Assembly (NCBI GenBank): GCA_033549025.1
Contig: JAWSUS010000001.1
Coordinates: forward strand, 325,689 to 389,688
From: Desulfuromonadales bacterium
Lineage (GTDB): Bacteria; Desulfobacterota; Desulfuromonadia; Desulfuromonadales; SZUA-540
Length of the DNA stretch: 64,000 nucleotides
Reading direction: 5' to 3'
Part shown: piece after piece, positions 10,528 to 23,190 of the stretch
Numbering within the stretch: the stretch's first letter is position 1
How the letters are laid out: each line of letters opens with the position of its first letter
Position numbers and translations under genes: made by a program
Notes under the pieces: generated by a model
Databases searched by the model: none
Seen by the model: only the letters and a program-made list of their open reading frames with translations
What the model was told of the DNA's origin: nothing

Positions 10528-10917
10528 AAAAGCCCTATAATTTTGGTGTAAACGTGTCCGGAAAAGTCCTGATGAATGGATTTCAATCTTGTGTTCTGGC
10601 GACAATAAGCTTATTTCAGGCAAGAGACTTTAAAAAAGCAAAAGGAGCCTTTAGTGCCGTTTACAATATAAAACCTTTGCAAGGCCATCTTGTTTTCAGG
10701 GACTCTCGCCCCTTTTTTTTTAAAAGATCACGGATTGAAACACCCTACCTGATCCAAAAGTAACACAAAAAAATTAAGGAGAAGTGAATTTTTCACCATT
10801 GTGACCGATCTAAAGCTATTTTTCCCCTTGATTTTATTATCGACAATTGTTCTATTATAGAACCTGATCAAACTTGTTATCAAAACAACTCACACATTCA
10901 CAAGGAGGAAGATAACC

Positions 10918-11352
10918 ATGGCAACACTTCTCGAGATGGCGGCTGAAATTGTGGCGGCCCACGCATCGACCACACCCATGTCCCGCGACGAACTGGTCGC
11001 CGAACTCAGTGAAATCCACAACGCCCTAAGCGCTCTTGAAAAAGGCGAGGCCGTTGCCGCCGAAGCAGAAACCGTCGAAGCTCCCGCGGTTTCCCGCAAA
11101 AAAGCTTTCGGCAAAGACAAGGTGACATGCATGATCTGCGGCAAAGAGATGAAGACTCTGGCCCGCCATCTTCGCACGGCTCACGACATGAAACCCAGCG
11201 ATTATCGCAAGCAGTTCGACATTCCCCGCACTCAGCCCCTGGCCGCCCGTGCCTATTCGGAAAGTCGGCGGCAAATGGCTGTTGACCGGGGTCTGGGCGA
11301 GAATCTCGCCAAAGCTCGCGCCGCCAAGGGTAAAGCCAAGGCCAAAAAGTAA
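10918..11352 (+). CDS. MucR/Ros-family zinc-finger nucleoid regulator
   Basis: AAEIVAAH N-terminus; CMICGKEMKTLARHLRTAH C2H2 finger; YSESRRQMA; AGGAGG RBS. Confidence 0.92.
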   Translation: MATLLEMAAEIVAAHASTTPMSRDELVAELSEIHNALSALEKGEAVAAEAETVEAPAVSRKKAFGKDKVTCMICGKEMKTLARHLRTAHDMKPSDYRKQFDIPRTQPLAARAYSESRRQMAVDRGLGENLAKARAAKGKAKAKK

Positions 11353-11379
11353 CAGTCTGCCCTAACAAGACACGTTGTA

Positions 11380-11412
11380 CAAAAAAAGCGCCCTGGCGGG
11401 GCGCTTTTTTTG
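11380..11412. terminator. Bidirectional intrinsic terminator
   Basis: A7-GCGCCC-tggcg-GGGCGC-T7 between convergent genes. Confidence 0.9.
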
Positions 11413-11432
11413 TGATGACCAACGTCTGATTT

Positions 11433-11825
11433 TCAGTTCAGCGTAAATGCAAGGGTGCGAATAACCGTGCCCTCCGCATCGAGCACATCCACGCGCCATT
11501 CCCCCGTCCATTCGGGAAGAAGGGCTTTGGAGGACCAGGTCCGCCAATTATTGGAGCGAACGGCCAGATCAACCCGGGCCATTTCTTCGTCGCCGCGGTA
11601 CCAGACATGGGTCACCTGGCTGTCAGACGCCGCACCGACAATGCGGGTAAAACAATACAACTTCCCGACATCGGCCGAATAACTGGTCAGAGAATCAACG
11701 GGATTGCGGTCACTGATTTGGGAGGTGATGACACCTTCGGCCACTTCCAGGGCAAAGGCCGAGACAGGCAGACTCAGCCATGCCGCAAGCACAACAACAA
11801 AGGCGATCACAGACAAGCGCTTCAT
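11433..11825 (-). CDS. Exported DUF2914-like protein
   Basis: Signal peptide from ATG 11825; LYCFTRI, HVWY, WRTWSSK, GEWRVDV. Confidence 0.8.
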   Translation of the reverse strand: MKRLSVIAFVVVLAAWLSLPVSAFALEVAEGVITSQISDRNPVDSLTSYSADVGKLYCFTRIVGAASDSQVTHVWYRGDEEMARVDLAVRSNNWRTWSSKALLPEWTGEWRVDVLDAEGTVIRTLAFTLN

Positions 11826-12016
11826 AGATTTTTCTCCTTTACAGATCGGATAAAGTTTCCAGCATGCCCAATTTATATACCATAGGCTTTTCGGGTACGC
11901 CAGCAAAGGAGGGCATATTTTTAGGGGAGATTGTCGCCTTGCGAAATTCCCCTTGACCCAACCCAAAACCCTGCTCTAAATTGTCTTGCTGTCACAAAAA
12001 GGATACTTGATTTGAT

Positions 12017-12790
12017 ATGAAACGCGTCATCGTCGGCGATAATCGGGAAAAGGTTCTCTCAACCCTGGAGGTCATTCTCAAACATTGGGGATACCGGGTG
12101 GTGGTATCTTCGCGTCCCGAGCAGATTGAAGCTTTATTGCTGGAGACCTCTCCTGACCTGTTGTTCATGGGAGCCCATTTCCTGCAAACCGGGCCAACCC
12201 AACTTGCCGAAACCGTTCGCGAAAAGACGCTTGGGGAAAAATGTCCTCTTGTCGTTCTTAAAGAAAACGGTCGGCCGCTGCCTGCCAACCTTACGTGCGA
12301 GAGTCTGGATGTTCCTATCGGGCTATTCGAACTCTACGCCATGATCCAGAAATATCTTGAAAAAACTCCGAGAAAAAATCTGAGGCTGGACCTCAAGCTC
12401 CCGGGCGTTCTCTATCGGGAAAGCGCCCCTCATCTGTCGGAAATCATCAGTCTGAGTGAGCAGGGGCTGTTTATCCGGAGCGCTTTTCGTTTGGCCCAAG
12501 ATGAGTCGCTCCAGGTCATATTCCCCTTGATGGGGATGAAGAAAGAGTTGGAAATCGAGGGGCGGGTTCTATACAACGTCCTGCCGGCGCCGGAAAACAA
12601 CTACCTGCAAGGCTCCGGCGTGGAATTCCACCACCTGACCGACCAGGACCACCTTTGTCTGCAGCGGTTCATCGAGCGCTGTTTTCTCGGCGAAATGACG
12701 CCAAGCGAAAGGAGTCGCATGGACCTGACGGATGACCAGGTCCAGGGCCTCGAACAGGATGTTTCATTAAAACTTATCAGCAGCCACTAA
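12017..12790 (+). CDS. Receiver-like domain plus PilZ domain protein
   Basis: N-terminal receiver-like pattern lacking the acceptor Asp; PRKNLR and SLSEQGLF PilZ-type motifs; GVEF. Confidence 0.75.
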   Translation: MKRVIVGDNREKVLSTLEVILKHWGYRVVVSSRPEQIEALLLETSPDLLFMGAHFLQTGPTQLAETVREKTLGEKCPLVVLKENGRPLPANLTCESLDVPIGLFELYAMIQKYLEKTPRKNLRLDLKLPGVLYRESAPHLSEIISLSEQGLFIRSAFRLAQDESLQVIFPLMGMKKELEIEGRVLYNVLPAPENNYLQGSGVEFHHLTDQDHLCLQRFIERCFLGEMTPSERSRMDLTDDQVQGLEQDVSLKLISSH

Positions 12791-12810
12791 CGCCCCCCCC
12801 CACCCTTCCG

Positions 12811-13977
12811 TCACAGAACGCTTTTCCCCACCTCAAAAGGCACCTGCAGCGCGGCTGCGACCGTTGCCGCCACATCTGCGAAAGAAGCACGCACACCGAG
12901 ATCCGCCCCCTTTTCCAGGCCCGAATGCCAGATAAGCAGCGGCACATACTCGCGGGAGTGATCGGTACCGGGGGTGGTCGGGTCGCAGCCATGATCGGCG
13001 GTGATCATCAGAAGATCCCGTGGGCCCATGGCCCGCTGGAGATGCGGCAGCCAATGATCGAATTCTTCAAGGGCACGACCAAAGCCCGCCGCGTCCAGAC
13101 GGTGGCCGTAGAGCATGTCAAAATCCACCAGATTCGTGAAGATCAGCCCTCGGTTTACCACAGACAGCGCCTCCAGGGTCTTGGCCATACCATCGGCATT
13201 GCTCTTCGAAGTTACACTGTCGGTAACCCCCTGCCCGGCAAAGATATCCCTGATTTTACCCACGGCGTATACGTGCATCCCCAACTCCTTGACTCGATCG
13301 AGGATGGTCACCTTGGTGGGCAGGAGGGAAAAATCATGCCGGCGGGAGGTCCGGCGAAAATCCGCAGCGCACGCACCGACAAAAGGTCTGGCAATCACCC
13401 GCCCCACCCGGTAGGGATCGAGCAGACGCCGGGCGATGCGGCAGATTTCATAAAGGCGTTCCACCGGCATGACATCTTCATGGGCGGCGATCTGAAAAAC
13501 CGAGTCGGCGCTGGTATAGACGATGGGCCTACCCGTACGCAGATGCTCCTCTCCCAGCACTTTGAGAATCTCGGTACCGCTGGCGGCGATATTGCCCAGA
13601 GGCTCCAAGCCGGTCTCACGCTGGAAAGCCATCATGATTTCAGCCGGGAACCCGTCGGGGTAGGTTGCAAAAGGCTGCGTCTGAATGATGCCGGCCAGCT
13701 CCCAGTGGCCTGTTGTGGTATCTTTGCCGGCGGAAATCTCCCGCAGGCGCCCATACAGGCCCTTGGCCTCTGCCACCGGCGGCACTCCTGCCACGGGATG
13801 GATGTTTCCCAGGCCGAGCGCCTGCAGGGTTGGGAGCTGCAGGCCGCCGCAGGCCCGAGCCACATGCCCCAGCGTATCAGCCCCCTCGTCGCCGTAATCC
13901 CCGGCGTCCTCCTGGGCGCCAATGCCTACCCCGTCCAGGGTAATCAGCACCACCCGATCAAATGTCGCTTTGTTCAT
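12811..13977 (-). CDS. deoB: Phosphopentomutase
   Basis: LDGVGIG, GKDTTTGHWE, YTSADSV, NLVDFDMLYGHR, TADHGCDP, DHSRE. Confidence 0.96.
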   Translation of the reverse strand: MNKATFDRVVLITLDGVGIGAQEDAGDYGDEGADTLGHVARACGGLQLPTLQALGLGNIHPVAGVPPVAEAKGLYGRLREISAGKDTTTGHWELAGIIQTQPFATYPDGFPAEIMMAFQRETGLEPLGNIAASGTEILKVLGEEHLRTGRPIVYTSADSVFQIAAHEDVMPVERLYEICRIARRLLDPYRVGRVIARPFVGACAADFRRTSRRHDFSLLPTKVTILDRVKELGMHVYAVGKIRDIFAGQGVTDSVTSKSNADGMAKTLEALSVVNRGLIFTNLVDFDMLYGHRLDAAGFGRALEEFDHWLPHLQRAMGPRDLLMITADHGCDPTTPGTDHSREYVPLLIWHSGLEKGADLGVRASFADVAATVAAALQVPFEVGKSVL

Positions 13978-14660
13978 AGATCCCTCTGACGCCGCCATTG
14001 TTCAACGATGGCTACCCCCGCACTGGTGCCGATGCGGGTAGCTCCGGCGGCGAGCATGCGATGGCAGGTTTCCCAGTCGCGTATGCCGCCGGCGGCCTTG
14101 ACCCCGATACGGCCGGCCACAGCCTCGGCCAGCAGGGCAACATCCCCTTCCGTCGCGCCACCGGGACCGAACCCCGTCGAGGTCTTGACATAAGCGGCGC
14201 CAGCTTCCACGACCAGACGGGCCAGTTCGCCCTTAAGGGCATCCTCCAGATAACAGCACTCCAGGATTACCTTGACCCGGGCCCCTTCGGCGGCGGCGAC
14301 TACCTGGCGGATATCCTGTAAAACCTCATCAAGGCGCCCCTCCAGCGCCGCCCCGACCGGAATAACCATGTCGACTTCAGCGGCGCCCTTTCGCACCGCG
14401 TCCTGCGCTTCGAAGGCTTTGACCAGAGAACTGGCATAACCAAGCGGAAAGCCAACCACCGTTCCCACGGCGACCTCCGAGCCATAAAGGATATCCGCGG
14501 CCAGGGGGATCCAGAAAGGGGGGATGCAAACCGAAGCAAAACCGTACTCCACCGCCTCTTCGCACAGGTGGCGAATCTGGCTCGAGCGCGTATCCGCCTT
14601 CAGCAGTGTATGATCAATCCGGGATGCAGGGCTCTCAAAATTCATGTTCAGCCTCATCAC
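13974..14660 (-). CDS. deoC: Deoxyribose-phosphate aldolase
   Basis: IDHTLLK, VGFPLG, VKTSTGF, KAAGGIR, RIGTS; start codon uncertain by a few codons. Confidence 0.96.
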   Translation of the reverse strand: MMRLNMNFESPASRIDHTLLKADTRSSQIRHLCEEAVEYGFASVCIPPFWIPLAADILYGSEVAVGTVVGFPLGYASSLVKAFEAQDAVRKGAAEVDMVIPVGAALEGRLDEVLQDIRQVVAAAEGARVKVILECCYLEDALKGELARLVVEAGAAYVKTSTGFGPGGATEGDVALLAEAVAGRIGVKAAGGIRDWETCHRMLAAGATRIGTSAGVAIVEQWRRQRDL

Positions 14661-14745
14661 TCAAGGGCAGTAAAATAGAAACGGGCCGCAGAAAAAAGCG
14701 GCCCGCATCGTTCAGCAGACAGCGGAAAAGGCAGAAGCCCGTCCC

Positions 14746-15945
14746 TCAACTGCGATAATCGGAGTTTATCTTCACATAATCGTAAGTCAAATCAGACGTG
14801 TAGTAATCGCCCGTCCCCTCACCCAGCCCCAGGTCAACGGTCACAGTGAATTCCGGCTTTTTGAGCACGGCGGTCGCCTGCGCCTCAATATCCTGGCCGG
14901 TGCTCAGCCCCTGACGAACGACAGGAACCTCGTCGAACAGAATGGACACCCGGTTGGGATCGACTTCAGCTCCGGAATAACCGGCCGCGGCAATGATGCG
15001 CCCCCAGTTGGCGTCCGCCCCGAAAAAGGCGGTCTTGACCAGACTGGAGGTGGCAATGCTGCGCGCCACCGTTTTCGCTTCGACGGCATTGAGGGCCCCT
15101 TGCACATGAATGCGCACAACCTTGGTGGCCCCTTCGCCGTCTCGGACGATCATCTTGGCCAGATCCAGCAGGACCGTCTTCAAGGCCTGCAGAAAAGCGG
15201 CCCCGGCCTCCGTCCCCTCCTGGATGGGCGCATTGCCGGCCAGGCCATTGGCAAGAATAAGGACCATATCGTTTGTGGAAGTATCGCCGTCCACCGTGAT
15301 GCTGTTGAAAGAATCGGCAACGGCCTGGCGCAGCGCATCCTTGAGGAAAGCGGGTTCCACTTCGGCGTCAGTCATCACAAAGCCGAGCATGGTCGCCATG
15401 TTGGGATGAATCATGCCGGCGCCCTTGGCGATGCCCATCAGGGTGTACTGTCCTTGCCCACAGGAAACACGCACCGACGCCATCTTGGGAAAAGCGTCGG
15501 TGGTGCGAATGGCCTGGGCCACATCGGGGGCAGCGCCTTCATTTAAAGCCACAGGGAGCGAAGGAATGGCTCTTTCGAACTTGTCCATCGGCAGCGGCAC
15601 CCCGATGACGCCGGTGGAAGAAACGGCGACCAGCGCTTCGTCAATACCCAGCGCACTGGCACAGAGCGCGCCGCAACGGCGGGCATCCTTGAGGCCCTGC
15701 TCTCCCGTACAGGCATTGGCGTTCCCACTATTGACGAGAACAGCTTGGCAGCGTCCGAGTTGGATACGGGGGGCGGTCACCTGCAAGGGAGCCGCAATCA
15801 CCTTGTTGGTGGTGAAGACACCGGCGGCCGTCGCCGGTACTTCAGAGAGGATGAGGGCCAGATCAGCTTTACCTGACTTTTTGATGCCGGCCGAAGCTGC
15901 GGCGAAGCGAAACCCCTTGACCGTTTCGGATATGGTCTCAGTCAT
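14746..15945 (-). CDS. argJ: Ornithine acetyltransferase / N-acetylglutamate synthase
   Basis: NSGNANACTG, KGAGMIHPNMATML, DGDTSTND, DGEGATK, DANWGRI. Confidence 0.97.
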   Translation of the reverse strand: MTETISETVKGFRFAAASAGIKKSGKADLALILSEVPATAAGVFTTNKVIAAPLQVTAPRIQLGRCQAVLVNSGNANACTGEQGLKDARRCGALCASALGIDEALVAVSSTGVIGVPLPMDKFERAIPSLPVALNEGAAPDVAQAIRTTDAFPKMASVRVSCGQGQYTLMGIAKGAGMIHPNMATMLGFVMTDAEVEPAFLKDALRQAVADSFNSITVDGDTSTNDMVLILANGLAGNAPIQEGTEAGAAFLQALKTVLLDLAKMIVRDGEGATKVVRIHVQGALNAVEAKTVARSIATSSLVKTAFFGADANWGRIIAAAGYSGAEVDPNRVSILFDEVPVVRQGLSTGQDIEAQATAVLKKPEFTVTVDLGLGEGTGDYYTSDLTYDYVKINSDYRS

Positions 15946-16018
15946 GACAGATGCTCCCGAATCCTGACGTGATGGATGAGAAAACATGATAGCCCTGAAG
16001 CCGGCGAAGGACGTTCGC

Positions 16019-18709
<2,691 letters not shown>

Positions 18710-18865
18710 CAAAAGGCTCCTTACCGTTTCAGAATTTGTTCAGCGGGGCGTCGCCAGTTTTTCCACCGGCAGGCCAGATCGCGCTGAAGACCCGGAATCA
18801 TAGCATAGCCCCGAGAATCCTCACAAGGACTATGACGCTCCCATACTGCCGTTTCGTGTCATCCC

Positions 18866-18900
18866 CAAAAAACAAAACCCCGGGAATTCCGGGGTTTTGT
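18866..18900 (-). terminator. Intrinsic terminator after the M23 gene
   Basis: ACAAAACCCCGG-gaatt-CCGGGGTTTTGT hairpin with an adjacent A-run on the + strand. Confidence 0.75.
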
Positions 18901-18920
18901 AATGGGTGACAGGCAAATCG

Positions 18921-19790
18921 TCAGATATATTTTTTTGGATTGAGGGGCACGCCATTGAGGCGAACCTCATAATGCAGATGGGTACCGGTGGAAGTCCCCG
19001 TGTTGCCAACCGCCGCGATTTTGTCCCCGCGCTTGACCCGTTGACCGACCTTGACAAAGAGTTTGGAGTTGTGGCCGTAGAGGGTTTTGAAGCCGTAGCC
19101 GTGGTCGATGACGACCATTTTGCCGTAGCCGGGAGCGGTTTCCGCCCGGCTGACGATGCCGTCGGCGGTCGCGATAACTGTCGTACCGGTACTGGCCGCG
19201 ATATCAAGCCCTTCGTGCATTTTGCGTTTCCCCGTAAAGGGAGAATTACGTATGCCGAAATTGGAGGTCACCCAGCCTTTGACGGGCCAGCCATTGGGTT
19301 TAGCCGCCATGAGAGAGCGCTGGTCGTTGAGAAAGCCCTGAACCTCTTCCTGACTTTCCCGACGAAGCTCAATGGCCTCGCGGATCTGGTCGATCTGCCG
19401 CTGCAACTCGGAGAATTCGGTGGCCGCATCGTCCTCCGGCGCTCCCCCCATGCCATTGAGGGCGTCGGGGCGGGGACCGGACAACTGGGCGAGCACCCGA
19501 ACCTTGGCGTCATTCTGGGCCAAGACCACCATTTCCTTACGCAGATCTTCGATGTTGGCATAGAGCCGGCCGATCTCCTGCTGCTGGGAACGGTTTTCGG
19601 TACGCAGGCGCTGCAGTTCCTGACGGTCCACATGCGTTCTGACGTAATCGAAAAGCAGCGCGCTCGTACCCAGAAAAAGCAGGACGGAACAGGAAATGGC
19701 CAGAGAGATCCAGCGCCGGGGCAGCGTGAACCGGCGCACCCGATGAGATCCTTCCGGAATGACAAGCAGTGTAAATCGTTTAGCGGACAA
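18921..19790 (-). CDS. M23-family metallopeptidase with TM anchor and coiled coil
   Basis: HEGLDI, YGH, HLHYEV; TTG start with AGGAGG RBS. Confidence 0.92.
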   Translation of the reverse strand: MSAKRFTLLVIPEGSHRVRRFTLPRRWISLAISCSVLLFLGTSALLFDYVRTHVDRQELQRLRTENRSQQQEIGRLYANIEDLRKEMVVLAQNDAKVRVLAQLSGPRPDALNGMGGAPEDDAATEFSELQRQIDQIREAIELRRESQEEVQGFLNDQRSLMAAKPNGWPVKGWVTSNFGIRNSPFTGKRKMHEGLDIAASTGTTVIATADGIVSRAETAPGYGKMVVIDHGYGFKTLYGHNSKLFVKVGQRVKRGDKIAAVGNTGTSTGTHLHYEVRLNGVPLNPKKYI

Positions 19791-19959
19791 ACGGTCCTCC
19801 TGGTTTTTTAGTATCGCACCATCCGAATGAACATGAATCCGCGACGCTCATTAATAAAAGAAGCCGCCAAGCCCTGTCAAGCTATTTGGGAATCTGCGGT
19901 TTACTTTACAAGGTCCGTTGACGTTTTTGGGCTTATTGAACCGCCATTGAGCAGAAAGA

Positions 19960-20409
19960 TCAGAGCTCGATACTCAGGGCGATTTCATCGCACTCGGGAA
20001 ACTTGGCGCACTTGATACAATCGCTCCAGATCTTGTGCGGCAATTCCGCTTTTTCAATCAGGTGGAATCCCATCTTTTCAAAAAATCCGGGCTTGTAGGT
20101 CAGCGCAAAAACCCGTCTGACCCCAAGCTGCCGGGCCTCTTCCAGACAGGCCATGACAAGCTGACGGCCGATCCCCTTAAGGCCGCTGGACTCTGAAACC
20201 GCCAGGGAGCGCACTTCGGCCAGGTCCTCCCAGCAGATAGTCAGCGAAACCGTACCGACAACTTCGCCGTCTTCCTCGAAAACATAAAAATCACGTATGG
20301 TTTCATATATTTCCGACAAGGAACGGGACAGCATGAGACCGTCCTTGGCATAACCAATCAAAAGCTTATGGATGGACTTGGCGTCCGGTATTCGGGCTCT
20401 TCGTATCAT
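19960..20409 (-). CDS. GNAT acetyltransferase, short ArgA-like
   Basis: MLSRSLSEIYE, LAEVRSLAV, GIGRQLV, VFALTY, LPHKIWSDC. Confidence 0.85.
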   Translation of the reverse strand: MIRRARIPDAKSIHKLLIGYAKDGLMLSRSLSEIYETIRDFYVFEEDGEVVGTVSLTICWEDLAEVRSLAVSESSGLKGIGRQLVMACLEEARQLGVRRVFALTYKPGFFEKMGFHLIEKAELPHKIWSDCIKCAKFPECDEIALSIEL

Positions 20410-20464
20410 CGCGCGACTTCTCTCCATCTCACAAAAAACGGCCCCACAAAAAAACCTGAAAAGG

Positions 20465-22132
20465 TCAGCCTCTGGCCGAGGAGGCGATCATTTCCCGGGC
20501 ATGGGCCAGGGTTTTTTCAGTCACCTGAGCACCGCCTAGCATGCGGGCCATCTCTCGGACCCGATCCTCCCCTTCCAGGGGGACCAGGGCCGTAAAAGTG
20601 CGTCCACCCTGCTGCATTTTTTCCACCCGGTAATGCCTGTCCCCAAAAGCGGCGACCTGGGGCAGATGGGTAATGCAAAGAACTTGCAACCCCTGTGCCA
20701 CTCCCCGCAGCTTTTCCCCGACCGCCGTGGCAGCCATACCGCCGACACCCGCATCGACTTCATCAAAGACAAGGGTAGAGACACCGTCCCGCTCGGGGGC
20801 GACACTCTTCAGGGCCAGCATGATGCGGGAAAGTTCGCCGCCCGAAGCGATCCAGGCCAGAGGTTTGGGCTCTTCACCGGGATTGGCGGAAATATAAAAT
20901 TCGCCCCGTTCCAACCCTTTGGGGCCCGGGGCGGGAAGGGGGAAAAGGCGCATCTCGAAACGGGCCTTCTCCATGGCCAGATCTTTTAGTTCATGTTCGA
21001 GGGCTTCACGCAACCTTTCGCCGGCCGACCGACGGGCCTCGGACAGTTGCTGCCCAGCCTCCTGAAGGCACGCCCGGCTTTCGGTCAATTTTTTGTCCAG
21101 GACCTCGCGGGTGGCGTCAATATCTTTGAGAATTTCGATTTCGTGCTCGATTTTCTCTTTATAAGCGAGAATTTCATCGATATTCGCGTTGTATTTACGC
21201 TTGAGTCCGGCCAGCAGGGCCAGGCGTTGCTCAACCTGATCCTGACGCCCTTCCTCATAGCCTCCCTGTCCGGCGTGATCACGAAGCTGTAAGGCCACGT
21301 CTTCGAGGGCATAAAATGCGTTGCGGACAGCTTCACCGAGGGTTCCCAGCCCCGGATCCACCTCGCGCAGGCCCTCCAACCGGTCAGCCAAAGCCCCCAG
21401 CTTTTCACAGACCGCCCCCTCCATGCCATAGAGGAGCTCATGCCCCCCTTCTGTGGCGGCGACCACCTTCTCAGCATGTTGCAGACGCAGTCTTTCGGCC
21501 GCCAGGCTTTCTTCCTCGCCGGACCGCAACTGGGCCCTGTCAATCTCCCCATGCTGGTAGGTCAGCAGGTCGAGGCGCTGCTGCCGTTCTTTTTCGGCTT
21601 CTTCAAGCTTCGTCCGGTTGCTTTCAAGCTCCTGGGTCTCACGGTAAATTTCCCGGTAACGAGCCACCTCCTCCTGCAGGTTGGCGTAGCGATCCAGAAG
21701 GTCGAGGTGTGTATCGGCCCGCTGCAGGTTCTGGTGTTCATGCTGACCATAAATGGTCAACAGTTCAGAGGCCACTTCCTCCAATTGGGACAACTTGGCC
21801 AAAGAACCATTGATATAAATCCTGTTTTTTCCTGACCGGCTCACCAACCGTTTGACGATCAGTTCTTCCCCGGCCTCAAAGCCTTCCGCCTCCAGGCGCT
21901 GCACAATCCCCGACCGACCCGAGATATTGAACATGGCCTCCACCTGGGCTTCGTCCTCCCCCGTGCGAATGACTTCCGGCCGAGCCCGGTCTCCCATGAG
22001 CAGGCCGACGGCATCGATGATGATCGACTTCCCGGCGCCGGTTTCGCCCGTCAACACATTGAAGCCGGGCTGAAAAGTTACATGCAAACGGTCGATAATC
22101 GCGAAGTTTTTGATAATGAGATCGGTCAGCAT
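20465..22132 (-). CDS. recN: DNA repair protein RecN
   Basis: LTGETGAGKS, ASGGELSR, FDEVDAGVGG, ITHLPQVA. Confidence 0.97.
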   Translation of the reverse strand: MLTDLIIKNFAIIDRLHVTFQPGFNVLTGETGAGKSIIIDAVGLLMGDRARPEVIRTGEDEAQVEAMFNISGRSGIVQRLEAEGFEAGEELIVKRLVSRSGKNRIYINGSLAKLSQLEEVASELLTIYGQHEHQNLQRADTHLDLLDRYANLQEEVARYREIYRETQELESNRTKLEEAEKERQQRLDLLTYQHGEIDRAQLRSGEEESLAAERLRLQHAEKVVAATEGGHELLYGMEGAVCEKLGALADRLEGLREVDPGLGTLGEAVRNAFYALEDVALQLRDHAGQGGYEEGRQDQVEQRLALLAGLKRKYNANIDEILAYKEKIEHEIEILKDIDATREVLDKKLTESRACLQEAGQQLSEARRSAGERLREALEHELKDLAMEKARFEMRLFPLPAPGPKGLERGEFYISANPGEEPKPLAWIASGGELSRIMLALKSVAPERDGVSTLVFDEVDAGVGGMAATAVGEKLRGVAQGLQVLCITHLPQVAAFGDRHYRVEKMQQGGRTFTALVPLEGEDRVREMARMLGGAQVTEKTLAHAREMIASSARG

Positions 22133-22188
22133 AAAGAAGCTCGTCCCCTTACATTGGGCGTGAAATACATTGTTCATTTAGACGGGGA

Positions 22189-23043
22189 TCAACGTTCCCC
22201 CCACTTCAACTTTGTGCGCAACACCTGAAAAAAGTCCTTGGAAGGACTTTTGACCAGCAGGGTACTGCTTTTGGACCGACGAACCTCGACAATGTCCCCA
22301 CCCTGCAGCGGCATACCGACCTGCCCGTCGGCGGTGAAAACCACATCCTCGTCCTGAAACTTAACCTCAACACGGATTATCGATTCATCCGGGACAATGA
22401 TGGGACGATTGGTCAACATGTGGGGGCAGATCGGCGAGATGACCAGACAGTGCAGGCCGGGCGACATGATGGGACCGCCGGCCGCCAGATTGTAGGCGGT
22501 AGACCCGGTAGGCGTGGAAATAATCAGGCCATCCGCTTTGAAGGTCGTCAGGTAGACGTCATCGACCGAAGCCTCCATGTCGATGATGCGGGCCAGGGCG
22601 CCCTTGTTGATGACGACATCGTTGAGAACCCGGAAGCGCCCGACTTTCTGACCCTGGCGCAGAACGACCACATCCATCATCATGCGATCGCTGACGGTAA
22701 AATCGCCCTGAATGACCCGCTCCAGCACGGGATAAAGCTCATCCAGGGTCACTTCGGTGAGAAAGCCAAGACTCCCCAGATTGACCCCGAGAATGGGCGT
22801 TTTCAGATCACCGACCTGGCGGGCGACGGAGATCAGGGTGCCGTCGCCGCCCAGAACGAGAATAAGGTTGACCATGGCGGGGATGCTGCGACCGGGATAG
22901 CCTTGGGCGTCCCCCATTTCGGCCGCCAGCCCTTCCTCGAAAAAAACCTCTATTCCCCGCTGCGCCAGCCAGGCGCTGACCTCGCGTGCAACCTGCACCG
23001 CAGTGGGATTTTTGCGTTTAATGTAGATACCGATACGCTTCAT
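22189..23043 (-). CDS. nadK: NAD kinase
   Basis: GGDGT, NLGSLGFL, LND, DGLIISTPTGSTAY. Confidence 0.96.
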   Translation of the reverse strand: MKRIGIYIKRKNPTAVQVAREVSAWLAQRGIEVFFEEGLAAEMGDAQGYPGRSIPAMVNLILVLGGDGTLISVARQVGDLKTPILGVNLGSLGFLTEVTLDELYPVLERVIQGDFTVSDRMMMDVVVLRQGQKVGRFRVLNDVVINKGALARIIDMEASVDDVYLTTFKADGLIISTPTGSTAYNLAAGGPIMSPGLHCLVISPICPHMLTNRPIIVPDESIIRVEVKFQDEDVVFTADGQVGMPLQGGDIVEVRRSKSSTLLVKSPSKDFFQVLRTKLKWGER

Positions 23044-23190
23044 GGCAATCCTCACGGAGGCAAAGTGGCTCAAAGCTACCACACACCTCAGGCAAAGTCC
23101 ATCGCTTTCAAGAACTTAGGCTGACAGGCCCTTGTGAGTCAGGACGTTCTGTGATAGCTTTTCCCGAGCCGGTTACAGGCGGCAGAGAGG

